Source: Folioceros fuciformis (taxonomy: Eukaryota). From it: a DNA stretch of 39,756 nucleotides. The stretch is taken from the NCBI GenBank assembly GCA_049999805.1, contig JBNGIO010006079.1:80447-120202 (forward strand), written 5' to 3'. Made by a program: the position numbers and the translations under genes. The notes beneath the pieces were generated by a model. That model worked only from the letters and a program-made list of their open reading frames with translations. It did not search any database and was not told where the DNA came from. Below, piece by piece: positions 23,601 through 35,410 of this stretch; within the stretch, counting starts at the first letter, position 1; every line of letters starts with the position of its first letter.

Positions 23601-25276
23601 ATCGAGGAGTCGGAATCTCTCTACGTCTGCTCCTACATCTCCTCAGAAAAATGATTCCCGGTTCCTTTCTTCAGGAGCGGAGCAAAGCTTGGAAGGTCCC
23701 AGTCTCGCACTTCCATCGAAGCCGGAGTACAGGTATGGCTCTTTTGCGCAAGCCCTTGCAGTAAGACTCAAAAAATCCGATACAAGACAGCCTAGTAGCC
23801 CTGGCTCTGAAGCAGCTTCATCACCTACAAGCCTGTCGACGAACAGTGCGCACCAGGGATCTATAGTAGGGAGCGAGTCATGGCCAAGCCCAGGTGTGAG
23901 TGGAGCCTTGCATTCGGTTTCTGAGAATCAACCTCAGGAAGTAGTTCCAGAGAAGCCCGCCGCCCTTTCCTCAGCGATTCCGTTGCAAGCAGGTGCCAAA
24001 CCTCTTGAAACATCCGATCGGATGGTATCAAGTCCCTTGCATCGTACAGCTGTGGCTGATGTGGAGACGGATGGGCATTTGATGCTGTCCAGAGCTGGCT
24101 CGTCTGCTATTGCACCAGCAGGAGGAAACACCCCCATCTCGCTGACGAAGTTGGCTGGGTTAACAGAGAGAAGAAACTCCATCAGTCTGGGTGTCTCGGC
24201 CGCCACTTTCGCCGGTGACAGAGAAGGCTCTCAAACGGGAACTGAGGTGAATAGTCTGAACAGCGTGACGAGATTCGAGGGAACCTCGGGTGCTGATGAC
24301 AGGAACAGTGGCTTGCAAGGAGTCGACACAGCTGTTTGTGGACCCCTTTCGGAACCCAAGGAGGCAGTCGGGATTACACGGCTAAGTAACGGTGGTGAGT
24401 CGGTTAGTAGTCCATCTCACTGGATTGACTGGCATAAGTTTCAACAACTAACTCCCGATTCGAAGACCCTGATCCCCAAACCGGGAGGCGCAAGATCTGT
24501 ATCTCCTGTGTTGGTGGCACAGCTGACGCAGAAGTCGCAGTCTGGATCAAGTCCATCGTCGTCAAGCAGTGGCGATGGACCACGGTTGGTTAGATGTACA
24601 TCATCTCCTATGGTCATGAATGGACGGAGTCCTTTGGCAAATGCGGCGCCGAAAAGAAGAGACAGCAGATCTTTCTTCTCACTTGCCCGCAAAGCTGTGA
24701 GCAAATTTACATCCTCACCGAGCTCCACTGGTAAAGCAGGTCAGGAGACTGAAAAAGCAGATGGGCAACCTCTTCCAGCGCCGCAACTGGGCAGGCGCTT
24801 GAGCAGGACTGGCCAGAGTCTACAGAATCGGAGAGACAGCACAGACCGTGCCGAAGACGATCCTCAGGACGGGAACGAGGGTGCACAAAGCGGGGTTCTT
24901 CAAGAGGTGAAAAAATTGCCTCCTTTCACCGAAGAGTGGATCGCTGCACTGGAGGCGGTAGGACAGGTGAAGGTTCAGCATCTTCAGACTGCCTTGTAGT
25001 CTTCCAAGTTCAAGCCCTTTATCTAACGTTTTCCTTTTTGTCCGACTCAACTTGTACAGGAAGCGCTATCGATGAAGGGTGGTTCAGTTCAAAACTCGCC
25101 ACCAAACAAAATCAGTCCCAAGTCCAACCCGTGGTCGCCTGTAAGCACTTCTTCCCATTCTGACTGCTTGGTAATGACTTCCCATCTTGCACTCCCTCGT
25201 GACAAAGCCATGTCGTGCATCGCAGGTGCGGAGGAATGGACTGGGACCCTTCGATTGCACTAAGCGTTGCTCCTAG
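20677..25276 (+). CDS. Uncharacterised Ser/Pro/Lys-rich disordered protein, At2g37070/At3g53320/At5g60150-like; about 7 exons (approx. 20677-20912, 21080-21265, 21346-22127, 22246-23247, 23356-24966, 25060-25140, 25226-25276)
   Basis: Recalled family motifs appear in order: LIDIC.EDD.LL, NLRKSLAWNKAFFTDEG|VLD.DEL, SGLRMPAPKLGFF, PFTEEWIAALEA.G.E.L.MKGG.VQNSPP.K..P...PWSPV and GPFDCTK. GT-AG junctions join them in frame. Confidence 0.8.
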
Positions 25277-25571
25277 CAGAACCCGTAACCCATCTGATGC
25301 TCGTTTGCACTACTGCTGCAGCCGCCCCTGTTGTACACAATCTATATATATTATTCATTTCCCAGCAGAGGTGAGCTCGATTGGCTTACATATAAGCTGC
25401 TGTCCTACATAGCTGCTGGTGCGCTGGGGAAGGTCGTGTATCTATACTTCATTGGGTGTTAAGGTGTTAGTTAGATAGGTAGGTTATGTGGAAGTGAGTT
25501 AGTTTGAATGATGAGGTTATCCATAATTTCCTGAATAGTAGACATGGTGTGTTTCGCACAAGCTTGATAGC

Positions 25572-28500
25572 ATGCCGGCACTGAACCGGAAGCAGCGAGG
25601 CGGGGCCGCCAGCGCCAGCCCCAGCCCCTCCTCAAAATCATACGCGCGTCCATCTGGAATTGCACACCTCGGGGAGGTCCAGATTGTGGATGAGCGGGAT
25701 GGCCGATTTCCAGCTGCCCTCTACATGTCCGAAGCTGCCATGCTCACGGCTGGTTTGGCCAGCGGACAGATGGTGGCTGTATCTCTGGACTCGGAATCGG
25801 AACTGGGCTGCCCCGACGAGCTCGGAGCGAGCTACACTGTGGGCGTTTGCTTTCCTTCGAGAAAGGTGGGGCAGCTCAGGCTTCTGCAGCAATATGGGAT
25901 TAATGGATGTTCGCCATGTTGCACTGATCCCGTGTGTGTGCAATTCTTCAGCTTGTGCGAGACGCCTTGCGCTTGTCCAAGAGCCTGAGCAACAGCTTGG
26001 GCCGCCCTGCAGTTGGTGCGAGTGTGTCGATCCATCCTTTAAGTCAGGAATGCGCAGCGGGTGCAGATGGGAGGTTGGCTACCAGGCGCCTGGGCAATGC
26101 CGGGGCCAAGGTTTTGGAAGCTTCCGTGCAGGCCTGCAGTCGCCTGCTTCTCTCCTTCCGCGGGCCGCTGCTTCCGGACCGGCCTGCCGCCGCAGCAGTG
26201 GCCTCCATTGCCGGGGGAGACGAGCAGGTGACGGCCTTGCTGCAAAGGTTTGCCCTGCGCTGGCTGGCTGATCGGTTTCTCGTGCCCGGGAACCTGGTGG
26301 TGCTCCCGGTCTGCGGGGTGGAATGCGTGTTTCTCGTTTCGGGTGTGCAGCATGGGGCCGTGGAGGTTGCAGCAGCTGATGGTGTGGAGAAGCGGAAGCT
26401 GGAGATGAGCTCAGGGGTTGGAGATGGAGAAGGAGTTAGGGTTGGGTTGCCGGCTCATGTGGATGTCTTTCACATTGTGCGTGAGACTGTTGTTGAGTTT
26501 CTTCGTCCCGTGGGTGGTGATGCGTCGGTGGAAGGGGAGGTGGTGGAGGCGAAGGTGGAGGAGGAAGTGAGCAGGAAGGAAGTTGTTGAACTTAGGTTTT
26601 CTGCTTTGGGTGGATTGTCGGACCAGATTCAGGCCCTCCGAGATGTTGTTGAGCTTCCTGTCTTGCGGCCAATGCTGTACAAGAGGTGAGAGGCGGAGGT
26701 GGTGGATTTGTAGTTCTGTCACTGGTGATTGTTGATTCTGAGCGGGAGGGTTTCTTTTCAGGTATGGGTTGCTGCCACCGCGGGGGGTTCTGCTGCATGG
26801 TCCGTCCGGGACTGGGAAAACGTCGCTGGCTCGAGCTGCTGCTGCCGAGGCAGGGTTGCCGTTGTTTGTTGTAAACGGGCCTGAGCTTGTGCAAGAATTC
26901 TATGGGGGGAGCGAGAACGCGCTCGAAGCAGTGTTCTCTTCGGCTGTGGATTCAGCACCGTCAGTGGTAGCTGTTCCAGCCTGCTAGCTCGAGATGGTCG
27001 TCTTGCTGAAGTGGTGTGCTTCTATGTGCTTTCGGAGGCTTTTTCTTCGCAACTCGGAAATGACATCTGGCTCCTGTTTACCTTTTTAACTCACTCCACT
27101 TATACGTGATTTGTTTTTTGGGTGTGTTTCAGGTGTTTATAGACGAACTGGATGCAATAGCTCCCGAGCGGAAGGATGGGATTGAGGAGCTTGCTCATAG
27201 AATGGTGTCAGCGTTACTGGCATTGCTGGACGGGGGTGTGAAGCAAGACCTGGAGCATTGGGTCACTGTCATTGGGGCCACAAACCGACTGGATGCCGTT
27301 GACTCGGCCTTGAGACGTCCTGGGCGTTTTGACAAGGAAATCGAAGTTGGTAAGCGCGCAGATGTTTTGAAAGTTTGTTGTCACGATTGCTATGTTTCAT
27401 GAATCCGTCCCTCCTAGGTACCTGCATCTGAGCTCATGAGGGTGAGCGTGCCAATAGGTTTCACGTTGCTTATACAAATGCGTTTTTGGTGTGACCAGGT
27501 ATTCCCACGCCTTCTGGGAGGCGAGAGATCCTGGACACAGTACTGAGCCATATGAATCATTCTCTGAGCCATGACGAGGTGCAAACTTTAGCAGCAGCTA
27601 CTCACGGTTTCGTTGGTGCAGACTTGACAGCCCTCTGTAACGAGGCTGCCATGAGTGCTCTGCGCAGCTATGTCAAGCACCAAGAATCAACGGAACTGGG
27701 TTGTGTGGAGGAGCAACTAGCCGCCCTTACCGTTTCCAAGAGCCCCTGTGAGGTGTCTTGGCCGCCTCAAGTCTGTGACAGAGGGAATGACCAAGGATCG
27801 GGGAGGGAGCCAAGAGATGGCCGAGTCTTGCAAGGTGCGAAGCAATCAGGAGAAAGTGAATTAAGAATTACTGCAGGTGACTTTGCACTTGCAAAGACTA
27901 AAGTCCGGCCAAGTGGAATGCGAGAGGTGATTTGGCTCCTATCATGTGGCAGTTTCCGGTCGTAGCAACAACACACTGTAGAGCTCTAGAGCTAAGATTG
28001 GGGAAACTGCGCAGGTGATGTTGGAGGTGCCTGTTGTGCGGTGGTGTGACATCGGAGGTCATGAAGAAGTCAAGCAACAGTTAAGAGAAATTGTGGAGTG
28101 GCCCCAGAAACATGGAGATGCGTTAGCTCGAATCGGAGTGCAGGCTCCCAGAGGTGTGATGCTGTACGGACCCCCTGGCTGCAGCAAGACCTTAATGGCC
28201 AGGGCGGTGGCAGCGGAGGCAGAACTAAGCTTCCTGGCAGTGAAGGGACCGGAGCTGTTGAGCAAGTGGGTTGGTGAATCAGAGAAGGCGGTGTGCACGT
28301 TATTTGCTCGGGCACGAGCTGCAGCACCCTCCATCATATTCTTCGATGAGGTGGACGGTCTCGTTGGAGATCGTGACGACGATCATGATGGAGAATGCTC
28401 TGTGGGAAGTAGAGTCATAAGCCAGATTCTAGTTGAACTAGATGGTGAGAACCATCTCGAGGCTCGGTACAGGTGAAGCTTCTACTTCCTTCAACCTGCG

Positions 28501-29160
28501 CATTTCCCTAACACCATCCCCGTCCTGATCTGTGCCAGGCCTGAAGCCCTGCACAGGTGTCGCCGTGGTGGCTGCCACAAACCGTCCAGACAAGATCGAC
28601 CCAGCCCTTCTCCGCCCAGGTACTACAGACAGCTCTTGCGTCCATCACACAAGTAAACTCTCTTCACCTGCGGCCCCCCTCGTGACTCTTGTGTTTCCAC
28701 AAAACCTTTTCTCTCCCTCCATCCATCGCAGGACGATTTGACCGACTTCTGTTCGTGGGACCTCCCGACACTCCGGCCAGGGAAGAAATATTCAAAATCC
28801 ATCTTCGCAGCGTACCTTGCAGCCCGGCCGTCTCAGTCCAGAAGCTAGCTTCATTGACAAGCTACTACACAGGGGCCGACATATCTGCCGTGTGTCGAGA
28901 AGCTGCTCTGGCAGCCCTGGAAGTAAGCTCAAGCTCTGGCTCTGGCTCTGGCTGGCTCTTGCTCTCGGATTGCTTATCACGCCACTCTTATCACTGATGC
29001 ACAACCAGCTTGTCCTAACACCCAACTTATGCTGTCCTTTCAGGAGGACGTGAAGATAGAGAGTGTGTGTATGCGGCACTTCGAGTGTGCCCTCCAAGTA
29101 GTCCAACCCTCAGCTGCCCAGTCTGTAAACCTGCGCTTCCACAGCTCAAAGATGCCATGA
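25572..29160 (+). CDS. CIP111: Type II double-AAA ATPase, CIP111/AFG2 (SPATA5/Drg1)-like
   Basis: D1 has [49 protein letters not shown] and [10 protein letters not shown]2 has [46 protein letters not shown] and YTGADI. The last exon 29044-29160 ends ...SSKMP*. The GCSKT Walker A in D2 is typical of AFG2/CIP111. Confidence 0.88.
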
Positions 29161-30514
29161 GTTGCTACCTCCCTTTAAAAGTTTTTGTCGTACATCTTTC
29201 TTTCTTTCTTTATTCCGTCCGTCCATACCCATCCATCTACAGACAGCGGGTGGCCTGTGGGTGATGCAAAAGCGATCCTGGTGCTGCCTCCCACCTACAC
29301 AGCAGATATCCATTCACTCCGATAGGCCCCAATTCTGTGATCCCGATTCCTCCACCCCTGACACCGTGGGGCCTCCCGTGTGAACGTGGCCTATTAAAAA
29401 CTACAAGCACACGGCGACGGCGATCGAGGAATATTCGTCATCCCGATACCCGATCCCGGCGGCCGGCATCTTCCTTGAAACTCCGCATCGTGTCACGAGT
29501 CGTGACGATCCTGCCCAGCATGATTAATCCACACACACACACAACATGCACTACATACTTACAGTCATACATCCATACATCCTGAAGTCCTGAACAGCAC
29601 ACCCGTGCACAAACACACAGAAGAAGGGGCCCATCGGCCCGTATCGGGCCGAAAAGTAGCACCCATGTTACTTGCGTTGCTGCCGCGATGGCTCACGTCC
29701 CCGTCTGCAACCGGAGCCGGGCCCGGGCCGGGCCGGGCCGGCCTGGCCAGGGCTGGCAGAGATAAATCATGGACGGTGCCGGGCCCCTGCCAAGCGTGGG
29801 TGTTGGCGGGGGTGGGTGGCCGCACACCCCACTTGGCCCGGCCCCGGTCTGCGCTGTGGTAGCTGGTATGTACTGCTGTGTGGCAGCTGGTGAACTGGTC
29901 TGAGTTCAAGGGGACCGGGAGATCGTCTCAGCCCGTCGCTCAGCCCCGGTGCCAGGCCTGGCACCTCGCCTGGCACCGGACACCGGGCCTCTGTCACTCT
30001 CCAGCCCACCCCTAGACGTATTCATGGCCCAGAAGCGTTCCCGGGTCCTGGACACAGCCTCCCCGTCACCCCGCCGGTTCCCCGTTCACACCGCCCTGCC
30101 TCCGTTACCGTTTCGCCGTTTCTGCAGCAGCGGCTAAACTCCATTCCCATCGCCAGATCGTGATGCTCATGGGAGGGAACGTCCTCTCACTCTCTAAGGA
30201 CTAGACTAGGACTAGGCTCCCCTTAACTTGTCAGGATTTGAGTGATCCAGCAGGATCACACTATTAAGGCCTGGGGTTGAGTTTGTGATCCATGATCCGT
30301 GATCCGTGATCCGTGATCCTACGATTGCGATCAGGATGATGTACGTCCTACCTTGGTTGGAGTGAATGTTGTCGTGCCAAGCTTAGCTGTAAAAGCAGTA
30401 GGACAAAGACGTACATCTCTCTCTTTCTTCCTCAAATCGTTTCTGGTGCGAGTTGTATATCACCAAGTGTTCTGTCTGTCTTCTCATGTCTCCCAGTTGT
30501 TGTTCTCGCAGTTT

Positions 30515-30640
30515 GTTCTTGCAAGGTTGCTGCGCTGAAGGTGAAGGAGGCGCGACGTTCTTGCAAGGTTGCTACGCTGAAGGTGAAGGAGGCGCGACGT
30601 TCTTGCAAGGTTGCTGCGCTGAAGGTGAAGGAGGCGTGCG
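30515..30640 (+). repeat. 42-bp tandem repeat x3 (GTTCTTGCAAGGTTGCTGCGCTGAAGGTGAAGGAGGCGCGAC)
   Basis: Near-identical units start at 30515, 30557 and 30599. Confidence 0.95.
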
Positions 30641-30746
30641 ACATGAGAAAGGCTTAGAATAGTATGTTGTTGCTTAGAATTGTTTAGATACATGCGACAT
30701 GAGAAAGGCTCAGAATAGTATGTTGTTGCTTAGAATTGTTTAGATA
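30637..30746 (+). repeat. 56-bp tandem duplication
   Basis: TGCGACATGAGAAAGGCT(T/C)AGAATAGTATGTTGTTGCTTAGAATTGTTTAGATA starts at 30637 and again at 30693. Confidence 0.95.
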
Positions 30747-30986
30747 TAGCAATGATGATGACTTGTAGATTGCTGGATGGTTGATGCTTTGAGTTGCTGT
30801 TGTGCTCGCTATCCTCTTGATGCTTTTAGTTGTTGTTGTTCTTGTAATCATGCTGAAGCTATTGGTTATTCTTACCACCCAACTCTTGTTCACGTTCATC
30901 GATGATTGGTAGAGGGATTGAAGCGCTACCGTGAACAAATCTTAACTTGGAATGTTGCTTATGCATCTCTTATGGCAGAGACTGCA

Positions 30987-31122
30987 ACCACTTACAGCAA
31001 AGACAGTGAAGACTCCTACTACGACTTACAGCAAAGACTGTGAAGACTCTTGCTACGACTTGCAGCAAAGACTGTGAAGACTCTTGAGACGACTTATAGC
31101 AAAGATTGTGAAGACTCTTGCC
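30987..31122 (+). repeat. 34-bp tandem repeat x4 (ACGACTTACAGCAAAGACTGTGAAGACTCTTGCT)
   Basis: Units start at 30987, 31021, 31055 and 31089 with a few substitutions each. Confidence 0.95.
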
Positions 31123-33522
31123 AAGTCGTCATTGTTCGCAATGTTGTTTATGCATTGCAAGCAATAGAGATTGTGGAGACTATCGAGCTGTTCCATCGTA
31201 GGGAACTGCAATTGTGACCCTCGCATATCGAGCTTAGTCTTGTTTGTGAGATTGTTTATTGAGCTCATGGTCCTAAATTGTTTGTTCTGTTTTTGCCATG
31301 GGTGCATGACTGCGAAGCTTGTGTAGAACTAAGCTTGCGTAGAGCAAGAGCGCATCTGGCAAAAGGCTACAACACATCGTATGCTATCCATTTTCAGTGA
31401 GTTGCTTTGGCTCCCTACTCGTCAATTAGTGAGTACAACCACAACTCTCTTTCCCTTGTTAGTATGCTACTCGTTGATGTGGTGTGTTACTCAATTTGTA
31501 GTCCTAAAGGCCGTGTGTAGATGTTGTGTAACTTTTGTTCCAATGTATATGTCTATGTGTTTTATTAGAAAGTCTTTGAAGTTGGGTGCAAGTGGTGCCC
31601 AATTTGTTCTTCTTAGATGTGTATAGCCGCAGTCTTTGAGGTTGGATGAAGATGTTGCCCATTTTGCTCTTTGTGGATGTGTGTAGCTGCAATACTGTTA
31701 TGGATAATATTTGCCATAGTTGCCAAGTTTGCTTATCACTGAAGATTTTGGTCAATGGTCGCCTAGGTGGTTGTATGAGAAAGGGGTTTGTGTGACCAGG
31801 TCGGGCATGCAAGAGGCCGAACAACTCTTGTGAGGAGGGAAGGTCGGTGCTGTTAGCAGTAAGTAGGCCCAGTGCAACCAGGATTGGACTGGACTGTGAG
31901 AGCACTTTGTGGGTGGCCAGCAGTGAGATAACGTCGAGAAGTCGCCAGTTTCGCCAGCAGCTGGCCGGAGTGGCCTGGCTTCGCCCTGGCCGTAGCTCCT
32001 TGTCTCTCTTGTCATCTGCCTGCCTTCCTGGCGCTCTCTCTAAGACTCCCTCCCCCCCTCCCAAGGATTCCCAGAACACCCATAGCCTTGTCATAGATTC
32101 TTGCCTCTCTTGGAGCGTCACAGAATCGCCTTGCTTGGCAGTGTCTCCAATTGCCTCCGGACTCTTGCCCGCCCCAGATTTGCCTATCTCCGGAAGCAGA
32201 GTCGAACTTCCTCTCAGCATACCTGTCCCTCAGAGCTCCGTCGCTTGAGCCCATTCTCGGGCCCTTATCATCGTACAGTGGGAGGAGGGGGGTAGCATGG
32301 CTGGGGTCCCATCGTCCACCTGCTGTCTGCGGCAGCATTCCTCTATTTCTTTAGCCTTTTGTCTTTCTTCCCAGCCACAGCAGCCACAGCCCTCGGCCAC
32401 GTTGGTTTTGTAGGCACGCACACTTCCACTGTGCATGCTGCTGCGGCAGCACGCGCCGGCAATCAGTGCCTCATACAGAGATTGCCACTGCTCCTCCTCC
32501 TCCTACTCGTGCTGCTCCTCCTGCTGCTGGAGGTCATCATGCTCGTGCTGTAGACGCTGTCTCTGTGCTCGCCTGTGCGATCCCACCCCCTGCCTCTGCC
32601 TGTTGCTTTCCCACTGTGCTTGACCTTCGTCCAGGGCTGCCGGTCGCCGCTGTAGAGACAGCTGCCGCCCTTCTCTGTTGATGCCTCAGCTTCCCAGGGG
32701 ACTGTGCCGCATTCTGCCGACTTCACTCGGGTCCCGGCCACAGCTTTCCCCTTCAGCTTCAGCCGGGCTTGCTGTATCTGAGATTGCCGTCCTTCCGTCT
32801 GCCGGCCGGAGCTGCTTTCTGTCACGTCTTTGCAAGCTTCTCCCGGGTGGACGAGGGATTTAAGACAGTGGAGAGGCAATTCCTCCCGCATCATGGGGAC
32901 CGGTAGTTTGCCTACAGCCTGCAGATTACCGACCCAGCTCCGGGCAGTGTCGCCCAGAGTTTTGTGCTGCGGAGGTGGCAAGAGGGAATGCGGGCGGCTT
33001 GTTTTGATCTGCTCCTCGTGAGTAGGCAACAGGTGTGGCGCTTGTGCTGGATCCTTCAGCCAGAGCCTTCATTTTGATTTGCGCTGTTGCTTGTCCAGTC
33101 CAAGTCAGGGACACGGCTCGGTCGTCAATTGGCCGTCCTTTTTCTTCCTAGGAAGCTTAAGCTTTTACTCCTCTCGTTTCAATGCCTGTGCCTTCTCCTT
33201 TTCCGGGGCTTCAGTTTTGTGTCTTTGCATGGCAGCGAATGTAGACGAGCATAGGCATAATTTTAACAGTGTGGTTTGACGGTTGTGTCCTTGCCCGTTT
33301 GAGAATTGGCCTCGTCTTCTCCGCAAGTTTCCACGGGATGCCTGCATGGGGGTGGATGTATTTCCTCATCAGTCTTGGTGGGTTTGTGCAGGAAGTGCTA
33401 AGCTGCTGCGGAGAATCACAAGGTAGAAAGCGGAGGAATCCTGAGTCATCTGATTGGATCAACGAGTGGCAATGTGGGCCCTCGATGCTGCCAGCCGGGA
33501 CAGACGGCGGTTGAATGCCGTC

Positions 33523-35410
33523 ATGGCCGCTGCAAGCGAGGAACCTGTGGCCATAAAGCCGGGCGCGCTTCCGGGTGATCAAACTGAGATCACTGTGAAC
33601 TGTCCGGACAAGGTTGGGCTAGGCTGTGACCTAGCACGTATTGTCTTCGAATTTGGGCTTACTGTTATCCGTGGTGGTGAGTCATTCTTCTGGCCAATGT
33701 TGTCTGCTCCGTTTTTTTTTTTTTTTTTTTGCGTCGTTTTTTGCTAACAGTTTCTAGCACGCAATGGTGTTGGATTGGTGATACAGATCTTCAAACTGAT
33801 GGACGCTGGTGTTTCGTGGTCTTCTGGGTTGTGCCCAATTCCAGCAGACCTGTGAGATGGCCTCTTTTGAGGCATCGGCTCAGTGCTGCCGCTCCTGCTC
33901 CCCGCCGTGCACTCTTCGAAGCACCTCCCCCTCCTGAGTCACTGCCCAAGCAGATGTGCATTCTGCAAGTCTGCTCAGGGGACCGAGCAGGACTTCTGAA
34001 CGGTACTTTGCTGTCCTTTTTGGATGTTGTTATCATTTTGTGAGCCCTAGTGTGTGCTAGCCGATAGTGATGGCTCTTTCGTGTGCGATGTAAGGCATGC
34101 AGGTTGGAACTTATTTACCTGTTGTGCTCGTGCACTGAAAATTGTTTGCAGACGCGGCACAACTTCTGTGGGAGCTTGAGTTGACAATTCACAGGGTGAA
34201 AGTGTCAACAAGTCCTGAAGGCAAAGCCATAGACCTCTTCTTTGTTACCGACAACAGGTCCGTTGATGTTTCTTGAAATCAGTCGAACTGCGATGAAATG
34301 GCAGTTGTCGTGGGCTGAGTCTGTACAAATTGGCAATGTCCAACAGGACGAGTGTCCCATCAAATGATCGGATAGCTGATGTCTGCGATCAAGTGAAGAA
34401 AACACTCCGAGAAACTACCTTCTGCACATTGACAGTGGCCGGCCCAGATTCTGGCATCATGGAGTGCTCCCCTGCATCTCATCTTTCACCGGCAGTGGCG
34501 GAGTGTCTATTCAGTGACGAGTTTAATGCATGCGAGGATATATCGGAGAGGGAAATTCTGGACTCTGCCGGGAACAAGATACGTGTTGAGTTCGCCATCG
34601 ACAACGTGACTAGTCCCGGTCATACTGTCCTCCAAATCAGCTGCAAGGACAGGAAGGGGCTTCTCTACGACTCCATGCGCACTCTGAAAGACGCCAATTT
34701 GCAGGTGAGAAGTTCTTCACCTTCTGTACCCTGTGTGTATGTTGCATGTGAGGTAGATGTAACCTGTCCACTGGTAGAGACGTGTGCGAACAGTCCGTGT
34801 TTTGCCAGTAACAGAGAGCCTTGTAACCCTAGCATATGGGGACTGAGGCGAATGCCCTGTGTCCCTGAAGGCAAGTCTGCCTCTTTTGTGCAGGTCGCCT
34901 ATGGCAGGATTACCAACCCCAAGAAGAACACCATAGAGCTGGACCTGTTCGTGCTGCAACCAGATGGGAAGAAGATACTGGATCCTCAAAAGCAGAAATC
35001 TTTGCTGCAACTCATGGCCAAGGAGACTCAACATCCCATCCGTCTTGTGGTGACTCCCAGAGGTCCAGACACCGAGCTCCTGGTTGCCACGCCAATTGAG
35101 ATGTGTGGCAGGGGTCGCCCCCGTGTGCTCTACGACGTGACTCTCGCCCTAAAAACCTTGGAGATATGCATTTTCAAGGTGAGAAGAAACACCAAATGAC
35201 GTTAATCGTGCTTCGGGCTGTGTGTGAGCGTCCAGCCAGCCGTAACTCCAAACCCGGTTTTCGCAGGCGGACATCTCTCGGCACTCTGTTGGTGATCGCT
35301 TGTGGGAAGTCTACCGGTTTCTGCTGATAGACACACCACAGCTTAATCTGTCTAGCAACAGGACTCAGAATCTGATTGCCGACCGCGTGAAGAACATTTT
35401 GATGGGTTGA
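33523..35410 (+). CDS. ACR9: ACT domain repeat protein, ACR9/ACR10 clade (alternative in-frame ATG at 33472)
   Basis: ITVNCPDKVGLGCDLARIVFEFGL, TDGRWCFVVFWV, DRAGLL, WELELTIHRVKVST.P.G.AIDLFFVTD, IDN.TSPGHT.LQI.C.DRKGLLYD, ELLVATPIEMCGRGRPRVLYDVTLALK.L and C-terminal LMG*. Introns are GT-AG. Confidence 0.9.

Noticed and set aside
30515..31122. CRISPR-like appearance of the 34-42-bp repeats
   Set aside because: The units are head-to-tail with no unique spacers, no cas genes are present, and the context is eukaryotic.
30229..33100. Intact LTR retrotransposon
   Set aside because: No second LTR, PBS, PPT or recognisable gag/RT/integrase motifs were found, so it is not annotated as a mobile element.
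34705..34893. Cys-rich insertion in the ACR ORF 34330-35199
   Set aside because: It is a 189-nt in-frame GT-AG intron (GTGAGA...GTGCAG). Removing it restores the ACT-domain sequence.
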